DNA of 64,000 nucleotides from positions 374,170,001 through 374,234,000 of the forward strand of contig OZ024743.1 in NCBI GenBank assembly GCA_964016885.1, written 5' to 3'. This document shows, piece after piece, positions 58,501-64,000 of this stretch. Source of the stretch: Eledone cirrhosa. Taxonomy: Eukaryota. The number at the start of each line of letters is the position of its first letter. Within the stretch, counting starts at the first letter, position 1. A model generated the notes under the pieces. That model did no database searches and was not told where the DNA came from. It saw nothing but the letters and a program-made list of their open reading frames with translations. The position numbers and the translations under genes were made by a program.

Positions 58501-58950
58501 CTTTTTGCAATTTATGGTGCAGAGAACAAAGTACTACTGACTTCCCTACATGTTTATAGCCAACAGTTGTTGCACTTTATGGTGCAGAGAACATAGTACT
58601 ACTGACTTACTCTACATGTTTATAGCCAACACTTGTTGCACATTATGGTGCAGAGAACAAAGTACTACTGACTTACTCTTCATGTTTAAAGCCAACACTT
58701 GTTGCACTTTATGGTGCAGAGAACACGGTACTACTGCCTTACTCTACATGTTTATAGCCAACACTTGTTGCACTTTATTGTGCAGAGAACAAAGTACTAC
58801 TGACTTACTCTACATGTTTATAGCCAACACTTGTTGCACTTTATGGTGCAGAGAACACGGTACTACTGACTTACTCTACATGTTTATAGCCAACACTTGT
58901 TGCACTTTATGGTGCAGAGAACACGGTACTACTGACTTACTCTACATGTT
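49593..58950 (+). repeat. About 4.1-kb higher-order repeat (4084/4150 bp, 62-63 monomers), about 2.3 copies, built from related 1712- and 2372-bp sub-blocks
   Basis: ORF offsets of 4150 (49922/54072, 50316/54466) and 4084 (51503/55587, 52688/56772, 53215/57299, 54466/58550). The 288-aa ORF starts at 51503, 53215, 55587 and 57299 (spacings 1712, 2372, 1712). Confidence 0.9.
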
Positions 58951-59866
58951 TATAGCCAACACTTGTTGCACTTTAGGATGCAGAGAACACGGTACTACTG
59001 ACTTACTCTACATGTTTATAGCCAACACTTGTTGCACTTTATGGTGCAGAGAACAAAGTACTACTGACTTACTCTACATGTTTATAGCCAACACTTGTTG
59101 CACTTTATTGTGCAGAGAACACAGTACTACTGACTTACTCTACATGTTTAAGCCAACACTTGTTGCACTTTAGGATGCAGAGAACACGGTACTACTGACT
59201 TACTCTACATGTTTATAGCCAACACTTTTTGCAATTTATGGTGCAGAGAACAAAGTACTACTGACTTACTCTATATGTTTATAGCCAACACTTTTTGCAA
59301 TTTATGGTGCAGAGAACAAAGTACTACTGATTTCCCTACATGTTTATAGCCAACAGTTGTTGCACTTTATGGTGCAGAGAACATAGTACTACTGACTTAC
59401 TCTACATGTTTATAGCCAACACTTGTTGCACTTTATGGTGCAGAGAACAAAGTACTACTGACTTACTCTTCATGTTTATAGCCAACACTTGTTGCACTTT
59501 ATGGTGCAGAGAACACGGTACTACTGACTTACTCTACATGTTTATAGCCAACACTTGTTGCACTTTATGGTGCAGAGAACACGGTACTGCTGACTTACTC
59601 TACATGTTTATAGCCAACACTTGTTGCACTTTAGGATGCAGAGAACACGGTACTGCTGACTTACTCTACATGTTTATAGCCAACACTTGTTGCACTTTAG
59701 GATGCAGAGAACACGGTCCTACTGACTTACTCTACATGTTTATAGCCAACACTTGTTGCACTTTATGGTGCAGAGAACAAAGTACTACTGATTTACTCTA
59801 CATGTTTATAGCCAACACTTTTTGCAATCTATGGTGCAGAGAACAAAGTACTACTGACTTCCCTAC

Positions 59867-62800
59867 ATGTTTATAGCCAACAGTTGTTGCACTTTATGGT
59901 GCAGAGAACATAGTACTACTGACTTACTCTACATGTTTATAGCCAACACTTGTTGCACTTTATGGTGCAGAGAACAAAGTACTACTGACTTACTCTTCAT
60001 GTTTATAGCCAACACTTGTTGCACTTTATGGTGCAGAGAACACAGTACTACTGACTTACTCTACATGTTTATAGCCAACACTTGTTGCACTTTATTGTGC
60101 AGAGAATACGGTACTACTGCCTTACTCTACATGTTTATAGCCAACACTTGTTGCACTTTATTGTGCAGAGAACAAAGTACTACTGACTTACTGTACATGT
60201 TTATAGCCAACACTTGTTGCACTTTATGGTGCAGAGAACAAAGTACTACTGACTTACTCTACATGTTTATAGCCAACACTTGTTGCACTTTATGGTGCAG
60301 AGAACACGGTACTGCTGACTTACTCTACATGTTTATAGCCAACACTTGTTGCACTTTAGGATGCAGAGAACACGGTACTGCTGACTTACTCTACATGTTT
60401 ATAGCCAACACTTGTTGCACTTTAGGATGCAGAGAACACGGTACTACTGACTTACTCTACATGTTTATAGCCAACACTTGTTGCACTTTATGGTGCAGAG
60501 AATACGGTACTACTGACTTACTCTACATGTTTATAGCCAACACTTTTTGCAATTTATGGTGCAGAGAACAAAGTACTACTGACTTACTCTTCGTGTTTAT
60601 AGCCAACACTTGTTGCACTTTAGGATGCAGAGAACACGGTACTACTGACTTACTCTACATGTTTATAGCCAACACTTGTTGCACTTTATGGTGCAGAGAA
60701 CACGGTACTACTGACTTACTCTACATGTTTATAGCCAACACTTGTTGCACTTTATGGTGCAGAGAACACGGTACTACTGCCTTACTCTACATGTTTATAG
60801 CCAACACTTGTTGCACTTTATTGTGCAGAGAACAAAGTACTGCTGACTTACTCTACATGTTTATAGCCAACACTTGTTGCACTTTATGGTGCAGAGAACA
60901 AAGTACTACTGACTTACTCTACATGTTTATAGCCAACACTTGTTGCACTTTATGGTGCAGAGAACACGGTACTAGTGACTTACTCTACATGTTTATAGCC
61001 AACACTTGTTGCACTTTAGGATGCAGAGAACACGGTACTACTGACTTACTCTACATGTTTATAGCCAACACTTGTTGCACTTTAGGATGCAGAGAACACG
61101 GTACTGCTGACTTACTCTACATGTTTATAGCCAACACTTGTTGCACTTTAGGATGCAGAGAACACGGTACTACTGACTTACTCTACATGTTTATAGCCAA
61201 CACTTGTTGCACTTTATGGTGCAGAGAATACGGTACTACTGACTTACTCTACATGTTTATAGCCAACACTTGTTGCACCTTATGGTGCAGAGAACACGGT
61301 ACTGCTGACTTACTCTACATGTTTATAGCCAACACTTGTTGCACTTTAGGATGCAGAGAACACGGTACTACTGACTTACTCTACATGTTTATAGCCAACA
61401 CTTGTTGCACTTTATGGTGCAGAGAATACGGTACTACTGACTTACTCTACATGTTTATAGCCAACACTTGTTGCACTTTATGGTGCAGAGAACACGGTAC
61501 TACTGCCTTACTCTACATGTTTATAGCCAACACTTGTTGCACTTTATTGTGCAGAGAACAAAGTACTGCTGACTTACTCTACATGTTTATAGCCAACACT
61601 TGTTGCACTTTATGGTGCAGAGAACAAAGTACTACTGACTTACTCTACATGTTTATAGCCAACACTTGTTGCACTTTATGGTGCAGAGAACACGGTACTA
61701 GTGACTTACTCTACATGTTTATAGCCAACACTTGTTGCACTTTAGGATGCAGAGAACACGGTACTACTGACTTACTCTACATGTTTATAGCCAACACTTG
61801 TTGCACTTTAGGATGCAGAGAACACGGTACTGCTGACTTACTCTACATGTTTATAGCCAACACTTGTTGCACTTTAGGATGCAGAGAACACGGTACTACT
61901 GACTTACTCTACATGTTTATAGCCAACACTTGTTGCACTTTATGGTGCAGAGAATACGGTACTACTGACTTACTCTACATGTTTATAGCCAACACTTGTT
62001 GCACCTTATGGTGCAGAGAACACGGTACTGCTGACTTACTCTACATGTTTATATCCAACACTTGTTGCACTTTAGGATGCAGAGAACACGGTACTACTGA
62101 CCTAATCTACATGTTTATAGCCAACACTTGTTGCACTTTATGGTGCAGAGAATACGGTACTACTGACTTACTCTACATGTTTATAGCCAACACTTGTTGC
62201 ACGTTATGGTGCAGAGAACAAAGTACTACTGACTTACTCTACATGTTTATAGCCAACACTTGTTGCACTTTATGGTGCAGAGAACACGGTACTACTGCCT
62301 TACTCTTCATGATTATAGCCAACACTTGTTGCACTTTAGGATGCAGAGAACACGGTACTACTGACTTACTCTACATGTTTATAGCCAACACTTGTTGCAT
62401 TTTATGGTGCAGAGAACAAAGTACTACTGACTTACTCTTCATGTTTATAGCCAACACTTGTTGCACTTTATGGTGCAGAGAACACGGTACTACTGCCTTA
62501 CTCTACATGTTTATAGCCAACACTTGTTGCACTTTATTGTGCAGAGAACAAAGTACTACTGACTTACTGTACATGTTTATAGCCAACACTTGTTGCACTT
62601 TATGGTGCAGAGAACAAAGTACTACTGACTTACTCTACATGTTTATAGCCAACACTTGTTGCACTTTATGGTGCAGAGAACACGGTACTAGTGACTTACT
62701 CTACATGTTTATAGCCAACACTTGTTGCACGTTATGGTGCAGAGAACAAAGTACTACTGACTTACTCTACATGTTTATAGCCAACACTTGTTGCACTTTA

Positions 62801-64000
62801 TGGTGCAGAGAACACGGTACTACTGCCTTACTCTTCATGATTATAGCCAACACTTGTTGCACTTTAGGATGCAGAGAACACGGTACTACTGACTTACTCT
62901 ACATGTTTATAGCCAACACTTGTTGCATTTTATGGTGCAGAGAACAAAGTACTACTGACTTACTCTTCATGTTTATAGCCAACACTTGTTGCACTTTATG
63001 GTGCAGAGAACACGGTACTACTGCCTTACTCTACATGTTTATAGCCAACACTTGTTGCACTTTATTGTGCAGAGAACAAAGTACTACTGACTTACTGTAC
63101 ATGTTTATAGCCAACACTTGTTGCACTTTATGGTGCAGAGAACAAAGTACTACTGACTTACTCTACATGTTTATAGCCAACACTTGTTGCACTTTATGGT
63201 GCAGAGAACACGGTACTAGTGACTTACTCTACATGTTTATAGCCAACACTTGTTGCACTTTAGGATGCAGAGAACACGGTACTACTGACTTACTCTACAT
63301 GTTTATAGCCAACACTTGTTGCACTTTAGGATGCAGAGAACACGGTACTGCTGACTTACTCTACATGTTTATAGCCAACACTTGTTGCACTTTAGGATGC
63401 AGAGAACACGGTACTACTGACTTACTCTACATGTTTATAGCCAACACTTGTTGCACTTTATGGTGCAGAGAATACGGTACTACTGACTTACTCTACATGT
63501 TTATAGCCAACACTTGTTGCACTTTAGGATGCAGAGAACACGGTACTACTGACTTACTCTACATGTTTATAGCCAACACTTGTTGCACTTTATGGTGCAG
63601 AGAACACGGCACTGCTGACTTACTCTACATGTTTATAGCCAACACTTGTTGCACTTTAGGATGCAGAGAACACGGTACTACTGACTTACTCTACATGTTT
63701 ATAGCCAACACTGGTTGCACTTTATGGTGCAGAGAATACGGTACTACTGACTTACTCTACATGTTTATAGCCAACACTTTTTGCAATTTATGGTGCAGAG
63801 AACAAAGTACTACTGACTTACTCTTCATGTTTATAGCCAACACTTGTTGCTCTTTATGGTGCAGAGAACACGGTACTACTGCCTTACTCTACATGTTTAT
63901 AGCCAACACTTGTTGCACTTTATTGTGCAGAGAACAAAGTACTGCTGACTTACTCTACATGTTTATAGCCAACACTTGTTGCACTTTATGGTGCAGAGAA
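59867..64000 (+). other. Open reading frame through the satellite, at least 1378 codons with no stop before the window end; coding status unsupported
   Basis: ATG at 59867 and ATG at 63959 are exactly 62x66 bp apart, and I found no in-frame stop in the variants between them. It is absent from the supplied track, presumably because it has no stop codon. The confidence value refers to it being a real protein-coding region. Confidence 0.1.
60725..63250 (+). repeat. Local 726-bp (11-monomer) and 528-bp (8-monomer) tandem duplications
   Basis: The ACTAGT variant occurs at 60971, 61697, 62687 and 63215 (spacings 726, 990, 528). ACGTTATGG occurs at 62201 and 62729 (528). ATGATTATA and TGCATTTTA also repeat at +528. 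Confidence 0.85.

Larger units (their letters stand above)
1..64000 (+). repeat. 66-bp tandem satellite array, about 970 monomers, single orientation, running off both window edges
   Basis: Seen directly: the unit ATGTTTATAGCCAACACTTGTTGCACTTTATGGTGCAGAGAACACGGTACTACTGACTTACTCTAC recurs every 66 bp (ATG at 55, 121, 187 ... 63959). Most monomers differ from consensus by only a few substitutions, with occasional 1-4 bp indels. Copy number is estimated as 64000/66. Confidence 0.99.

Noticed and set aside
55-59876. The many listed ORFs as real genes, or one giant pseudogenised repeat protein
   Set aside because: They are all the single stop-free frame of a monomer whose length is a multiple of 3. 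Frameshifts and in-frame stops (TAA 2878 and 9261, TAG 9624, TGA 9744 and 27772) were duplicated along with everything else. Substitutions hit all codon positions, including Cys, Trp and Met. There is no unique N- or C-terminal domain.
1-64000. CRISPR array (partly palindromic repeat, 66-bp period)
   Set aside because: There are no unique spacers: the whole 66 bp is repeated. No cas genes or leader sequence are present.
1-64000. Minus-strand coding under a TAA/TAG=Gln code (VEQVSSTVFSAPQSATSVGYKH), where several common variants would be synonymous
   Set aside because: It needs a non-standard code with no independent support. Variants at the other two codon positions appear similarly numerous, and the same frameshifts disrupt this frame. 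Under the standard code all three minus frames have stops in every consensus monomer.
1-64000. Programmed diversification system (DGR, invertible or antigenic-variation cassettes)
   Set aside because: There is no reverse transcriptase, recombinase, inverted segment or adenine-specific variation. Variants are inherited in duplicated blocks, as expected for ordinary satellite turnover.
1-64000. Sequencing concatemer or rolling-circle artefact
   Set aside because: Rare variants recur in ordered multi-kilobase patterns with nested histories, which random read errors on one circular template would not produce. Local misassembly is still possible.

Overview
The whole 64-kb window is one uninterrupted head-to-tail tandem array of a 66-bp monomer, about 970 copies, all in one orientation. 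The consensus is ATGTTTATAGCCAACACTTGTTGCACTTTATGGTGCAGAGAACACGGTACTACTGACTTACTCTAC (27/66 GC). I found no unique sequence, recognisable gene, RNA gene, transposon, inversion or CRISPR spacer. All listed ORFs are the same stop-free frame of the monomer (MFIANTCCTLWCREHGTTDLLY)n. That frame is broken by frameshifts and stops that were themselves amplified, so it most likely does not encode a protein. The best reading is a satellite DNA, probably eukaryotic (inference); I cannot name the family or organism. The informative structure lies in the monomer variants. They reveal nested higher-order duplications (about 0.5, 0.7, 0.86, 0.92, 1.7, 2.7-3.0, 4.1, 6.7, 11.5 and 12.3 kb), regional subfamily domains, a divergent 63-65-bp second monomer type, dense short dyad symmetries and a hypermutable CpG. 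The last 4.1 kb has no indels or stops, and its frame stays open to the window edge. I do not see evidence for a new gene system. All offsets were derived by hand from marker variants and ORF coordinates, so block boundaries are approximate to about one monomer.
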